A stretch of 64,000 nucleotides of DNA from Acutalibacteraceae bacterium (GTDB taxonomy: Bacteria; Bacillota; Clostridia; Oscillospirales; Acutalibacteraceae): the NCBI GenBank assembly GCA_045539695.1, contig JAZQFX010000029.1, positions 275 to 64,274 on the forward strand. Direction: 5' to 3'. Position numbers and translations under genes: made by a program. Below the pieces are notes generated by a model. It did no database searches. It was not told the origin of the DNA and was given only the letters and a program-made list of their open reading frames with translations. How positions within the stretch are numbered: position 1 is the stretch's first letter; every line of letters begins with the position of its first letter. This document shows positions 32,843-43,020 of the stretch, piece after piece.

Positions 32843-34789
32843 ATGCTTAATTCACCTTATAAAAAACCATATATAACTCCACCTGCCGAGCATCCGCGTG
32901 TTATGTTCAGACAGTCGGACAAGCAAAGAATTGTAAACAATTTTGAGCACAAGGAAAATCGTCGCGCTTATGAGCTGTGGCAGCGCATATGCAAAAAGGA
33001 TTTTCGCCAGTTTTATGACGATATAGCTGCAGGCAAGTACAACCTTATGGTTTGCTTTATGATAGAATCAAAGGCTTTTGAAGCTTGGGTAGAGAATGAC
33101 GAAAAAAAGGCGCGTGATGTTATTGATAACACCAAAAAGATAGTAGAGCGCTATAGCATTGACCGCAACGTAAACCTTATGCTTTGCCGTCATACAGGTC
33201 ACGTGGTTTTCGTGGTGTCGCTTGTTTACGACTGGCTTTACAAGTATTTAAGTGAACAAGAAAAATTGTTTTTTATAGAAAAGTGTGAGCAGTTTTTGCA
33301 AGCCGCAATGGAGGTGGGTTACCCACCGACAAAGCAGCGCAATACCCATTCACATTCTCACGAGGCACAATATCTTCGCGATATGTTGGCGTTCTCAATT
33401 GCCACTTACGACGAGCGTCCCGATATATACGATTTTATCGTTGGCAGAATAATCAACGACTTGGTGCCCTTTTACAAGTTTAGTTTTTCTTGCGGACTTC
33501 ATAATCAAGGTCCTGCTTATGGTAGCTACCGTCAGGTTTCGGCTCTTTGGGCACAGTTGCTTTTTTATCAAATGAGCGGTCAGCGAATATTTGACCGTTG
33601 TGTCGAGAATGCCGATAGTTACCACTATTTAACGCGCGCCGATGGCGAGAGTTTGCGAATAGGTAACGACTGTAACGATGACAAGGGCGGCGGCCATGTT
33701 GTAAAGCATCCGTTTAGTATTGTAAACTTTTTTGCAGCAGCTGCGTCGGGTAACACCAATTACAAAAAAGACTTTTTAGAAAACTATCGTGACGAGGTTA
33801 TAATGCCAACCCACTACGGCAGAGACCTTTATCAAGATACCACTTATGGCGAGGGTCTTTATTCACCGGTGGTGCATCTTGTTTTTAACCTTATCACACC
33901 GGAATTTACACCTGCACCTTATGAAAAGGCAAGACATTTTAAATATCCCGCAGGTACTACAATTTATAAGGATGAAGAAAAAAACACTACCGTTTATATG
34001 AAGATAGGTGAGCTTTGGTGCGAGGGCCACGAGCATTATGACACGGGTGATTTTCAAATATATCACAATGGTATATTAGCATCAAGCTCGGGCGCATATT
34101 ACTGGTACGGTTGTGAACATTTTTACAACTACGACACCTGCACTTCGTCACATAACTGTCTTACAATTCGTGACCCCGAGGTTAAAACGCTCGGTCAAAT
34201 AACGGAATGGGGAAAAACATTTGACCTTATAAACGACGGTGGAACACGCAGACCAAAACCTACCACCGACTATAATCTTGAACCCGATTTAGCGGCAGCT
34301 TGGGCTAGAGATTGCCAGATGGCAAAGGTGTTATCACACACCGAAACCGAAGACGAGGTTCAAGTTGTTGGTGATTTAACAACCGCCTATGCCCACACTT
34401 GTGATAAGGTGATAAGAAAAATGACCTTCTTGCCAAAGAAGGGCGAAAACGGTGTGTTCACAGTCGAAGATGAAGTAACTGCAAAAAGTGAAGAATTTAT
34501 CAAATGCTTCCATATTCATATGATGAACGAGCCGGATGTTGACGGTAACGTAATCACAATTACCCACAAGGGCGGCAAATTGCGTTGCACAGTGCTTGAG
34601 CCACAAAATGCAAGCATTACAGCTATTGGCGGTGGCGATATGCGCTTTACCACAGTTGGTATTCCGGTGCCCAGCGATAAAACCGAAAATCGTGAGTGCG
34701 GCTGGGGCAAGGTCATAATCTCGCCTACCGATAAAGCAAAAACACATAAATTCAAGGTAATGATGGAAATACTTGATGTTGAAATTTAA
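32843..34789 (+). CDS. Heparinase II/III-like polysaccharide lyase family protein
   Basis: GHEHYDTGDFQIYHNGILASSSGAYY resembles the H.H.D..sF....G core of the heparinase II/III family. No signal peptide was seen. Confidence 0.5.
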   Translation: MLNSPYKKPYITPPAEHPRVMFRQSDKQRIVNNFEHKENRRAYELWQRICKKDFRQFYDDIAAGKYNLMVCFMIESKAFEAWVENDEKKARDVIDNTKKIVERYSIDRNVNLMLCRHTGHVVFVVSLVYDWLYKYLSEQEKLFFIEKCEQFLQAAMEVGYPPTKQRNTHSHSHEAQYLRDMLAFSIATYDERPDIYDFIVGRIINDLVPFYKFSFSCGLHNQGPAYGSYRQVSALWAQLLFYQMSGQRIFDRCVENADSYHYLTRADGESLRIGNDCNDDKGGGHVVKHPFSIVNFFAAAASGNTNYKKDFLENYRDEVIMPTHYGRDLYQDTTYGEGLYSPVVHLVFNLITPEFTPAPYEKARHFKYPAGTTIYKDEEKNTTVYMKIGELWCEGHEHYDTGDFQIYHNGILASSSGAYYWYGCEHFYNYDTCTSSHNCLTIRDPEVKTLGQITEWGKTFDLINDGGTRRPKPTTDYNLEPDLAAAWARDCQMAKVLSHTETEDEVQVVGDLTTAYAHTCDKVIRKMTFLPKKGENGVFTVEDEVTAKSEEFIKCFHIHMMNEPDVDGNVITITHKGGKLRCTVLEPQNASITAIGGGDMRFTTVGIPVPSDKTENRECGWGKVIISPTDKAKTHKFKVMMEILDVEI

Positions 34790-34810
34790 ATAGCAAAGGG
34801 GGAGAACTTA

Positions 34811-36106
34811 ATGGATATATCCCAAATTAATAATAAAATATTATCCGCAATTCAAGAGGGTCAAGAGTGGATAAAAGGCCTTGCGAATTCGATTTACCAA
34901 AATGCTGAGCTTGGTTTCTGTGAACAAAAAAGTTCTATCTTGGTGTGCAAAGCGTTCAAGGAGTTACAAATAGAATACCAATATCCTCTTGCACTTACCG
35001 GTGTAAAGGCAACACTCAAGGGTAGAAACAGCAACTTTAATGTATGCATAATCGGTGAATTAGATGCAATCACATCGACCGAACATCCCGATGCTAAAAA
35101 CGGTGTTGTTCACGCTTGCGGACATTCGGCACAAATTGGAGCAATGCTGGGGGCGGCTTACGCTCTTCAAAAAAGCGGAGTTATGCAACAGCTTGACGGC
35201 GACGTAACCTTTATGGCGGTTCCCGCCGAAGAGTTTAATGAAATAGAGTATCGTTCAGAATTAAAAAAACAAGGTAAAATCAAATATTATAGCGGTAAGC
35301 AACAACTTATATATGAGGGTGCTTTTGATGACATTGACATGGCAATTATGCTTCATGCAATGGGTGACGAGCCTGAGTCAAAGCTTTATGTGCGCGGAAA
35401 CAATTTGGGATTTATTACAAAAAAATTAACCTTTATTGGCAAAGCGGCGCACGCAACGGCGCCCGATCAGGCAATTAATGCTTTAAATGCGGCTGCACTT
35501 GCCATTTTGGGTATACATTCTAACCGCGATACCTTCCGTGAGGATGAACGAATAAGGATTCACCCCATCATTACCAAGGGCGGAGATGTGGTTAACACAG
35601 TTCCCGACAAGGTTGAGTTAGAAATGCAGGTGCGCGGCGCAACAAATCAAGCCATTGCCAAGGCAAATGCCGTTGTAAACCGTGTAGCCGAGGGTGCCTG
35701 TCAAATGATAGGCGCACAACTTGCAGTTGAAGATATAGTAGGCTACCTGCCACTTTGCGAAAATGAAGATATTACCGCTATAATGGAAAATATTGCAAAT
35801 AATCTTATCGGTAAAGAAAATGTTGTAAGCGGGTATACGCTGGTCGGCTCCACTGATATGGGTGATATAAGTAATATTATGCCGGCGGTCCAAGCATCAA
35901 TCGGTGGTTTTGTTGGGGGACTTCATTCAAAGGATTTTAAAATTGCCAACGAAGATACAGCGATTTTGTTACCTGCAAAGCTTATGGCATTAACGGCAGT
36001 GGAACTGCTTTTTGACGGCGCAAAAAAAGCGCAAATAGTTAAAGAAAACTTCATACCCAATTTTACAAAAGAAGAGTATTTAAAATATTTAGAAGGAGAA
36101 ACATAA
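34811..36106 (+). CDS. M20-family amidohydrolase/peptidase
   Basis: Motifs present are VHACGHSAQIGAMLGAAYAL and FMAVPAEE. Confidence 0.75.
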   Translation: MDISQINNKILSAIQEGQEWIKGLANSIYQNAELGFCEQKSSILVCKAFKELQIEYQYPLALTGVKATLKGRNSNFNVCIIGELDAITSTEHPDAKNGVVHACGHSAQIGAMLGAAYALQKSGVMQQLDGDVTFMAVPAEEFNEIEYRSELKKQGKIKYYSGKQQLIYEGAFDDIDMAIMLHAMGDEPESKLYVRGNNLGFITKKLTFIGKAAHATAPDQAINALNAAALAILGIHSNRDTFREDERIRIHPIITKGGDVVNTVPDKVELEMQVRGATNQAIAKANAVVNRVAEGACQMIGAQLAVEDIVGYLPLCENEDITAIMENIANNLIGKENVVSGYTLVGSTDMGDISNIMPAVQASIGGFVGGLHSKDFKIANEDTAILLPAKLMALTAVELLFDGAKKAQIVKENFIPNFTKEEYLKYLEGET

Positions 36107-36108
36107 TA

Positions 36109-37137
36109 ATGCAGCGCGAACTTTGGACAGAAGATAAATTAAACAAGCTTTTAGCAACACCAAGTGACGCTCTTGTCGAAGATATAAAGAAAATAAAGGG
36201 CGATATAATGGTGTTGGGAGCCGGCGGAAAAATGGGACCAAGCCTCTGTTTGCTTGCAAAAAACGCCATAAATAAGGCAGGAATTTCAAAAAAGGTTTAT
36301 GCTGTATCTCGCGGCAGTGATAAAATTGCTACCGAGCTTATGCAGCAAAACGGTATTGAGGTAATTGCCTGCGACCTGCTCGATAAAGAAAAGCTTTACG
36401 CTCTACCCGAGGTAGAAAATATTATTTATATGGCGGGCAGAAAATTTGGCACCGACGGTAACGAGTGGCAGACTTGGGCAATGAACTCTACGTTGCCTGC
36501 GTTTGTTGCCGACAAGTTTAAAAAATCAAGTATAGTTGTTTTTTCGTCAGGCAATATTTATCCCATTGTGCCGCTTTCAAGCGGCGGTTGTACCGAAGAG
36601 GATAAGGTAGGTCCCAACGGCGAATATGCTATGAGCTGTCTTGCGCGTGAACGGGCGTTTGAGTATGCCGCAAATACATACGGCACAAAAATATTTACCT
36701 ATCGGCTTAATTTTGCGGTTGACCTTCGCTACGGCGTTATTTTTGATGTTGCAAATAAAATTTTAAACGGTGAGCCAATTAATCTTTCTACCCCTTGCTT
36801 TAATTTTATTTGGCAGGGTAGTGCCAACGAATACGCCATAAGAGGTCTGTTACACGCAACTGCACCTGCAGCAATTATGAACATAACAGGTCCTGAAATT
36901 GTTTCTATTAAAAAAATGGCTATAAAATTAGGTGGCTATCTTGGTAAAGAGCCAATTTTTGAAAACGAGTGCGGCACGGATGCCTATTTAAACGATGCGT
37001 CAAAGGCAATGGAGGTATTTGGCTATCCGTCAGTCAGCGCTGAAACCCTTATACGCTGGCAAGCCGAGTGGCTGCTTGACGGCGGAAGAACTTTAGACAA
37101 ACCCACCCATTTTGAAGAAAGAAAGGGTAGCTACTAA
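36109..37137 (+). CDS. NAD(P)-dependent epimerase/dehydratase-like oxidoreductase
   Basis: A Rossmann motif VLGAGGKMGPS is present. The gene is tightly coupled to its neighbours. Confidence 0.6.
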   Translation: MQRELWTEDKLNKLLATPSDALVEDIKKIKGDIMVLGAGGKMGPSLCLLAKNAINKAGISKKVYAVSRGSDKIATELMQQNGIEVIACDLLDKEKLYALPEVENIIYMAGRKFGTDGNEWQTWAMNSTLPAFVADKFKKSSIVVFSSGNIYPIVPLSSGGCTEEDKVGPNGEYAMSCLARERAFEYAANTYGTKIFTYRLNFAVDLRYGVIFDVANKILNGEPINLSTPCFNFIWQGSANEYAIRGLLHATAPAAIMNITGPEIVSIKKMAIKLGGYLGKEPIFENECGTDAYLNDASKAMEVFGYPSVSAETLIRWQAEWLLDGGRTLDKPTHFEERKGSY

Positions 37138-37139
37138 TT

Positions 37140-38207
37140 ATGGATAGACACATAAAAGCATTACAAATTTTAAAAAGCGGCACGGTTATTCCCGCAACAC
37201 CGTTAGCATTAGATGAAAACCGTAATTTTGATGAATATTCACAGCGACTGCTTATGAAATATTATCTTAACTGCGGCGTTGGCGGTATTGCAACCGCCGT
37301 TCACTCTACGCAGTTTGAAATTCGTGACCCCGAGGTTCAACTTTTTGAGCCCATATTAAAACTGGTTTCAGACGAGATAACACATTTTGAAAACAAAACA
37401 GGCAAGGTGATTGTTAAGGTTGCAGGTGTTTGCGGCAAAACCGAACAGGCGGTAAAAGAGGCAATGCTTGCAAAAAAATACGGATATGACGCGGTGCTGC
37501 TTAGCCCAGGCGGACTTAACGATTTATCCGAAAGCGAATTAATAGAACGCACCAAAGCAGTAGCAGCAGTGATGCCTGTAATTGGCTTTTATTTGCAAAC
37601 GGCAGTAGGCGGCAGACATTTTTCTTATAACTATTGGCAACAAATTTGCGAGATACATAATGTGGTGGCAATTAAAGCGGCACCCTTTAACCGATATATG
37701 TCGCTTGACGTTGTTCGCGCAGCGGCTCTATCGTCTCGAAGCGATGAAATCACTCTCTATACCGGAAATGACGACAATATAGTAATCGACTTGCTTACTA
37801 CATATAAGTTTGATGTTGACGGAAAGCATTACGAAAAAGGCTTTGAGGGTGGGCTGTTGGGTCACTGGTCGGTATGGACCAAGCGCGCGGTAGAGCTCTT
37901 TGAACTTTGTAAAAAGGAAAAGAAAAAAGATAACATCTCTACCGAAATGTTATCACTTGCAAATGCGGTTACCGACACAAACACAGTGCTTTTTGACGGT
38001 GCAAACGGTTTTGCGGGTTGTATACCGGGACTGCACTATGTGCTTAAAAAGCAAGGTCTTATGAAAAGCCTTAACTGCATAAATCCTAATGAAAAGCTTT
38101 CTGATGGTCAAGTGCAAGAATTTGAAAGAATTTATGCTATGTACCCACAACTTTTTGATGATGAATTTATCAGTCAAAACATTGAATACTGGAAAAACGA
38201 ATTATAA
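37140..38207 (+). CDS. TIM-barrel aldolase-like protein (DapA-like or DUF993-like)
   Basis: The layout ATPLALDENRNFDE...GVGGIATAVHSTQFEIRD resembles the DapA family but lacks the canonical GTTGE motif. Confidence 0.4.
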   Translation: MDRHIKALQILKSGTVIPATPLALDENRNFDEYSQRLLMKYYLNCGVGGIATAVHSTQFEIRDPEVQLFEPILKLVSDEITHFENKTGKVIVKVAGVCGKTEQAVKEAMLAKKYGYDAVLLSPGGLNDLSESELIERTKAVAAVMPVIGFYLQTAVGGRHFSYNYWQQICEIHNVVAIKAAPFNRYMSLDVVRAAALSSRSDEITLYTGNDDNIVIDLLTTYKFDVDGKHYEKGFEGGLLGHWSVWTKRAVELFELCKKEKKKDNISTEMLSLANAVTDTNTVLFDGANGFAGCIPGLHYVLKKQGLMKSLNCINPNEKLSDGQVQEFERIYAMYPQLFDDEFISQNIEYWKNEL

Positions 38208-38215
38208 AAAACGCG

Positions 38216-38247
38216 TCCCATAAATTTAATTTTATGGGATGTTTTTT
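38216..38247 (+). terminator. Intrinsic terminator
   Basis: A 9-bp stem, TCCCATAAA / TTTATGGGA, followed by T6. Confidence 0.7.
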
Positions 38248-38320
38248 GATATTCATACTTTATTTTTAGGCTTTTTTGTGTTATAATATTATGTAATTTT
38301 ATTTAATGTTGGGGTAAAAT

Positions 38321-39541
38321 ATGGCAGAACGAAAAAAACAAAAAAAGTGGCTTAAGTTCCGTCACCGTGTGGTGCGTAACTTGGCTTACATAATCCTTTA
38401 TCCGTATTCACGTATTAAATACGGCATAACAATACAAAAATTTAAAGAGCAAAAAAAGACACCCTATCTTATTTTGCTCAATCATCAAACTCCATTTGAC
38501 CAGTTTTTTGTCGGAATGGCGTTTAAAGGCCCCATATATTACCTTGCTACCGAAGATATTTTTTCGATGGGCTTTTTGTCATCAATTATCCGTTATATTG
38601 TAGCGCCCATACCTATCAAAAAGCAAACCAGTGATGTAAAGGCTGTAAAGCAGTGTATAAGAGTTGCGCGTGAAGGCGGCACCATTTGCATAGCGCCCGA
38701 GGGCAACCGCACATATAGCGGCAGAACCGAATATATGAACGACTCAATCGCTTCAATGGCAAAAATGCTTAAATTGCCTATAGCTTTATATCGCTTAGAG
38801 GGTGGCTATGGCGTAGAGCCCCGTTGGAGTGATGTTGTGCGTAAGGGCAAAATGCGTGGTTACGTATCGCAGGTTATAGAGCCAGAGGAATATAAAGATA
38901 TGTCAAACGAAGAGCTTTTCAGTATTATCGAAAAAGGCCTTTATGTAGACGAGGCGTGTGTAAGCGGTGAGTTTCACCACACAAAAAGAGCCGAATATCT
39001 TGAGCGTGCTATGTACGTGTGTCCTTTCTGCGGTCTTTCGCGCTTTGAGAGCAAAAATGAATTTTGCGAGTGCAAAAATTGCGGCGCAAAGATAGAATAT
39101 ACTCCCACTAAAGAAATAAAGGGTATTGACTGTGATTTTCCGTTTAAGTTTGTTGCCGATTGGTATGATTACCAAAAGGAATTTATAAACAAATTAGATA
39201 TAAACGAGTACATAGCGGCGCCTATTTATCACGACGAAGCTGATGTTTTTGAGGTTATCATAAACAAGAAAAAGGTACCGTTTAAAGCAAATGCAAGCAT
39301 CTCGCTTTACGGCGACAAAATTGTTTTTAATGAGGGCAACCCTGACGAATTAAAGCTTGACTTTAGTGAAACTGCGGCTGTATCGGTACTTGGCAGAAAC
39401 AAACTTAATATATATTACGGCGACAAGGTTTATCAGTTAAAGGGTGACAAACGTTTTAATGCGCTTAAATATGTACATATTTACTATCGACATAAAAACA
39501 TAACCAAGGGTAACGAGTCTGAACAATTTTTGGGACTTTGA
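38321..39541 (+). CDS. PlsC-type lysophospholipid acyltransferase with a C-terminal zinc ribbon
   Basis: Motifs present are LNHQTPFD (HxxxxD), APEGNRT and CPFCG...CKNCG. Confidence 0.7.
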   Translation: MAERKKQKKWLKFRHRVVRNLAYIILYPYSRIKYGITIQKFKEQKKTPYLILLNHQTPFDQFFVGMAFKGPIYYLATEDIFSMGFLSSIIRYIVAPIPIKKQTSDVKAVKQCIRVAREGGTICIAPEGNRTYSGRTEYMNDSIASMAKMLKLPIALYRLEGGYGVEPRWSDVVRKGKMRGYVSQVIEPEEYKDMSNEELFSIIEKGLYVDEACVSGEFHHTKRAEYLERAMYVCPFCGLSRFESKNEFCECKNCGAKIEYTPTKEIKGIDCDFPFKFVADWYDYQKEFINKLDINEYIAAPIYHDEADVFEVIINKKKVPFKANASISLYGDKIVFNEGNPDELKLDFSETAAVSVLGRNKLNIYYGDKVYQLKGDKRFNALKYVHIYYRHKNITKGNESEQFLGL

Positions 39542-39561
39542 TTTTGAAAAGAGGGATTTTT

Positions 39562-41010
39562 ATGAACTATGAATCTAGTTGGGATTTTACTATGAAAAAC
39601 TATGATTCTGTGTGGGGCTTTTTGGTGCAGTTAGGTTTGTTGCTATTGTTTTTAATGTTGGGCAACATTTTGCGCACAAAGATTCCGTGGCTTAGAAAGT
39701 GCCTTATTCCATCGGCGCTTTTGGGCGGCACGCTGCTTCTCGTTATAAACATTATCATAAAACAATTAGGTGCCGCGCCACTTGTAGATAAACGCTTAAT
39801 GCAGGTTATTACCTATCACTGCTTGGCTATTGGTTTTGCGGCAATGAGCTTAAAAACTGAAAAAAGCACCCACAAAACCAAGGGCATTCAGGTGGTAGAG
39901 TTTGGAGCCTTACAGGGTGGCGCCTATATGCTTCAAGCGTTTGTTGGACTCGCGATTACAATTGTTATGTTTTTAATTACCCGTTATGGAAAGCAAGTTA
40001 TATCTTATGTTTGCGGCATTATTCTGCCGTTAGCGTTTGGTCAGGGCCCCGGCAATGCGCTTACTTGGGATGTTGAGTTTACTAAAGCGGCCGATGTAAC
40101 ACAGTTTGCAGGCAACGGCAGTTTTGGACTGTCGCTTGCATCTATTGGTTTTGTTGTGGCGTCTGTTTTTGGCGTGCTTTATATTAACATTCATAAAAAG
40201 CGTAGTGGATTGCGTGTAAGAAAATCAAGACCAAATGATGAAATTGTAGACCAAAGCAATCCTACGGGCAATGAAATTCCCGATAATGAATCCATAGATA
40301 AGCTTTCATTACAGTTTGGTTTCGTGGCGCTTGCATATGCGCTTTCGTTTGGGTTTATGTATTTACTGGGTTCGCTTTCTGATTTTACAAATAAAATTGC
40401 GTGGGGCTTTAACTTCTTGTGGGCGTCTTTGGCGGCTATGCTCATTAAGCTTGTTGTAAAAAGATTGCGTAAAAGCAAACTGATGAACCGTGAGCATATC
40501 AACAATTATCAGATGGATCGTATTTCAGGCTTTATGTTTGACCTTATGATTGTTGCGGGTGTTGCGGCTATTGAAATAAACGATATAAAGAATTATATTT
40601 TACCGGTTATAATTTTAAGTGTAGTAGGCGCTGTAATTACATACATATATATTCGTCTGGCTTCTAAAGAATGCTTTAAGGGCTTTGAGCACGAAATGTT
40701 CTTGATGAGCTTTGGTACACTTACGGGCACTGCTTCTAACGGTATGATTTTGATGAAGGAGGTAGACCCCGGTCTTCGCACACCAACGTCAAGTCTATAT
40801 ATTCTTTCTAATTTTCCTGCTATGGTAATGATTGCGCCGCTACTGCTGCTTCTTGCTTTTGCAGGAAAATCACTAACCCACACAATAATCGCCTGCGCAA
40901 TTTTCTTTGTGCTGTGGCTTGTATATACAATATTTATATTCCGTAGAAGAATCTTTAAAAAGAAATACAAAAATTCTACTGTTGAAGAATGGGTAGACGA
41001 GGCAGAGTAA
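39562..41010 (+). CDS. Sodium/glutamate symporter (GltS-like) membrane protein
   Basis: The protein is multi-pass. LGNILRTKIPWLRKCLIPSALLGG and FGTLTGTASNGMILMKEVDP parallel E. coli GltS segments. Confidence 0.6.
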   Translation: MNYESSWDFTMKNYDSVWGFLVQLGLLLLFLMLGNILRTKIPWLRKCLIPSALLGGTLLLVINIIIKQLGAAPLVDKRLMQVITYHCLAIGFAAMSLKTEKSTHKTKGIQVVEFGALQGGAYMLQAFVGLAITIVMFLITRYGKQVISYVCGIILPLAFGQGPGNALTWDVEFTKAADVTQFAGNGSFGLSLASIGFVVASVFGVLYINIHKKRSGLRVRKSRPNDEIVDQSNPTGNEIPDNESIDKLSLQFGFVALAYALSFGFMYLLGSLSDFTNKIAWGFNFLWASLAAMLIKLVVKRLRKSKLMNREHINNYQMDRISGFMFDLMIVAGVAAIEINDIKNYILPVIILSVVGAVITYIYIRLASKECFKGFEHEMFLMSFGTLTGTASNGMILMKEVDPGLRTPTSSLYILSNFPAMVMIAPLLLLLAFAGKSLTHTIIACAIFFVLWLVYTIFIFRRRIFKKKYKNSTVEEWVDEAE

Positions 41011-41040
41011 GAAATCACATAAGAAAAAATATCTATTATA

Positions 41041-41068
41041 CGGGAGGCGTTTAGCCTCCCGATTTTTA
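41041..41068 (+). terminator. Intrinsic terminator
   Basis: CGGGAGGC-GTTTA-GCCTCCCG followed by a T-run. Confidence 0.75.
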
Positions 41069-41142
41069 TTTGCAAGTGCAAAAAATGTCGCTTGACAAAT
41101 TATACTATGCATTGTATAGTATTATACAAAGGGAGGTATCGT

Positions 41143-41457
41143 ATGGATATTCAACTTAAACGTGGACTTTTGGATATTTGTGTTCTTTCGGCCATAAAAG
41201 GCGAGGATTCTTACGGGTATCAGATTATAAAAGATATAAAGCCTTTTGTTGAGATTTCAGAGTCGACGCTCTATCCTATTTTACGGCGACTTGAAACAGC
41301 CAATTTACTTACCGTGCGTACCGCTGAGCACAATGGTAGACTGCGAAAATATTACCATATAACCGAATTAGGCTTAAAACGAATAGAAGACTTTAAATGC
41401 GAGTGGCAAGAGATTGTATCAATTTATAACTTTGTGACAAGGGAGGAAGAAAAATGA
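41143..41457 (+). CDS. PadR-family transcriptional regulator
   Basis: LKRGLLDICVLSAIKGEDSYGYQIIKDI...STLYPILRRLE is present. Confidence 0.85.
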   Translation: MDIQLKRGLLDICVLSAIKGEDSYGYQIIKDIKPFVEISESTLYPILRRLETANLLTVRTAEHNGRLRKYYHITELGLKRIEDFKCEWQEIVSIYNFVTREEEK

Positions 41458-42065
41458 GCAAACAAGAGTTTTTAGATGCGCTTAAAAAGGCGCTTGTAGG
41501 TTTGCCTGATGATGACGTTCAAAAATCACTTGATTTTTACAGTGAAATGATAGACGACCGTATAGAAGACGGCCTTTTAGAACAAGAGGCAGTAGCCGCA
41601 ATAGGTGACCCTCACAAAATAGCAAAACAAATTTTATCGGATATTCCGATTACAAAGCTTGTAAAACAAAAAATAAAACCTAAACGTCGAATGAGTGCAT
41701 TAGAAATAGTGCTGCTTATTCTCGGTTCGCCGATATGGTTATCGCTGTTTATTGCGTTGCTTGCCATAGTTTTTTCAATTTATGTGGTTTTATGGTCGGT
41801 AATAATTAGCCTTTACGCTGTTTCATCTTCTCTTGTGGCTTGCGGCGTGGCAGGTATCGCGTCTTTGGTTGTATTTGCCGTGATGGGCAATATGCCGCAG
41901 GGCTTGTTTATATTCGGTTGTGCTCTTTGTTGTATAGGATTTGCAATACTTATGTTTATGACATCAAATCTTGTTACAAAAGGACTTTTGTGGTTGAGCA
42001 AAAAAATATGGCTTGGCATAAAGCGTTGTTTTATAAAAAGGGGTGATTACAATGAAAACTGCTAA
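41454..42065 (+). CDS. DUF1700 membrane protein (PadR partner)
   Basis: MSKQEFLDALKKALVGLPDDDVQKSLDFYSEMIDD is followed by transmembrane segments. Confidence 0.7.
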   Translation: MSKQEFLDALKKALVGLPDDDVQKSLDFYSEMIDDRIEDGLLEQEAVAAIGDPHKIAKQILSDIPITKLVKQKIKPKRRMSALEIVLLILGSPIWLSLFIALLAIVFSIYVVLWSVIISLYAVSSSLVACGVAGIASLVVFAVMGNMPQGLFIFGCALCCIGFAILMFMTSNLVTKGLLWLSKKIWLGIKRCFIKRGDYNENC

Positions 42066-43017
42066 AAAGGTATGGATAACAGTAGCCATTTGCCTAATTG
42101 TTTTGGGTGCCGGTGTAAGTATGTGTTCACTCGCAAAGTTAGACTTTAATTTTGAAAGTCTGGCTACCCAAAAGGCAATATCCAATGAGCACAAAATTAC
42201 CGATGATTTCAGCAACATAAAAATAGATGTTGATACTTCTGATATAGATTTCGTTTCTTCTCAAACCGATGAGTGTATGGTAGTTTTTGTTGAAAACGAA
42301 AAAACAAAGCATAACGTAACAGTAAATAACAATACGCTTTTAATAGACGTTGAGGACAATCGCAAATGGTATGACCATATTGGTATTTCTTTTAGCGAAA
42401 TGTCAATTACCGTTCACTTGCCCAAGGAACATTATGATTCACTTAATATAGAGGCCGATACAAGTGATCTAACCATACCAAAAGATTTTACATTTGACAG
42501 CATTGATATTAAAAACTCAACCGGTGATGTAAGTTGTAATGCATCAACAGCAAATGATTTAAAAATCAAGACATCCACAGGTCACATAAATATTGATAAT
42601 ATCACTGTGGCAAATATGAATCTTACTACTTCTACAGGTGGCATAAATGTGAAATCGGTAGACTGCAGCGGTAAAATAGAAACAAAGGTATCTACGGGAA
42701 AAACAAATCTTACCTATGTAAAATGCGAAAGTCTGATTTCAAACGGTAATACGGGTGATATAAAACTAACAAATGTTATAGCGGCAAAAGACTTTAATAT
42801 TAAAAGAAGTACGGGTGATATAAGGTTTGACGAGTGTGATGCGGGTGAGATTTTAATAACAACCGACACAGGTGACGTTGGCGGCACTTTACTTACCGAT
42901 AAGGCGTTCATTTGTAAAACCGATACAGGTGATATTGATGTTCCAAAAACCACAACAGGTGGAAGGTGTGAAATCACCACCGATACAGGTGATGTAAGAA
43001 TCAAAATAGGAAAGTAA
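42052..43017 (+). CDS. DUF4097-like beta-repeat protein with an N-terminal TM anchor
   Basis: It contains repeated STGDI / DTGDV strands. It is the third gene of the typical PadR-DUF1700-DUF4097 triad. Confidence 0.65.
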   Translation: MKTAKKVWITVAICLIVLGAGVSMCSLAKLDFNFESLATQKAISNEHKITDDFSNIKIDVDTSDIDFVSSQTDECMVVFVENEKTKHNVTVNNNTLLIDVEDNRKWYDHIGISFSEMSITVHLPKEHYDSLNIEADTSDLTIPKDFTFDSIDIKNSTGDVSCNASTANDLKIKTSTGHINIDNITVANMNLTTSTGGINVKSVDCSGKIETKVSTGKTNLTYVKCESLISNGNTGDIKLTNVIAAKDFNIKRSTGDIRFDECDAGEILITTDTGDVGGTLLTDKAFICKTDTGDIDVPKTTTGGRCEITTDTGDVRIKIGK

Positions 43018-43020
43018 TGT

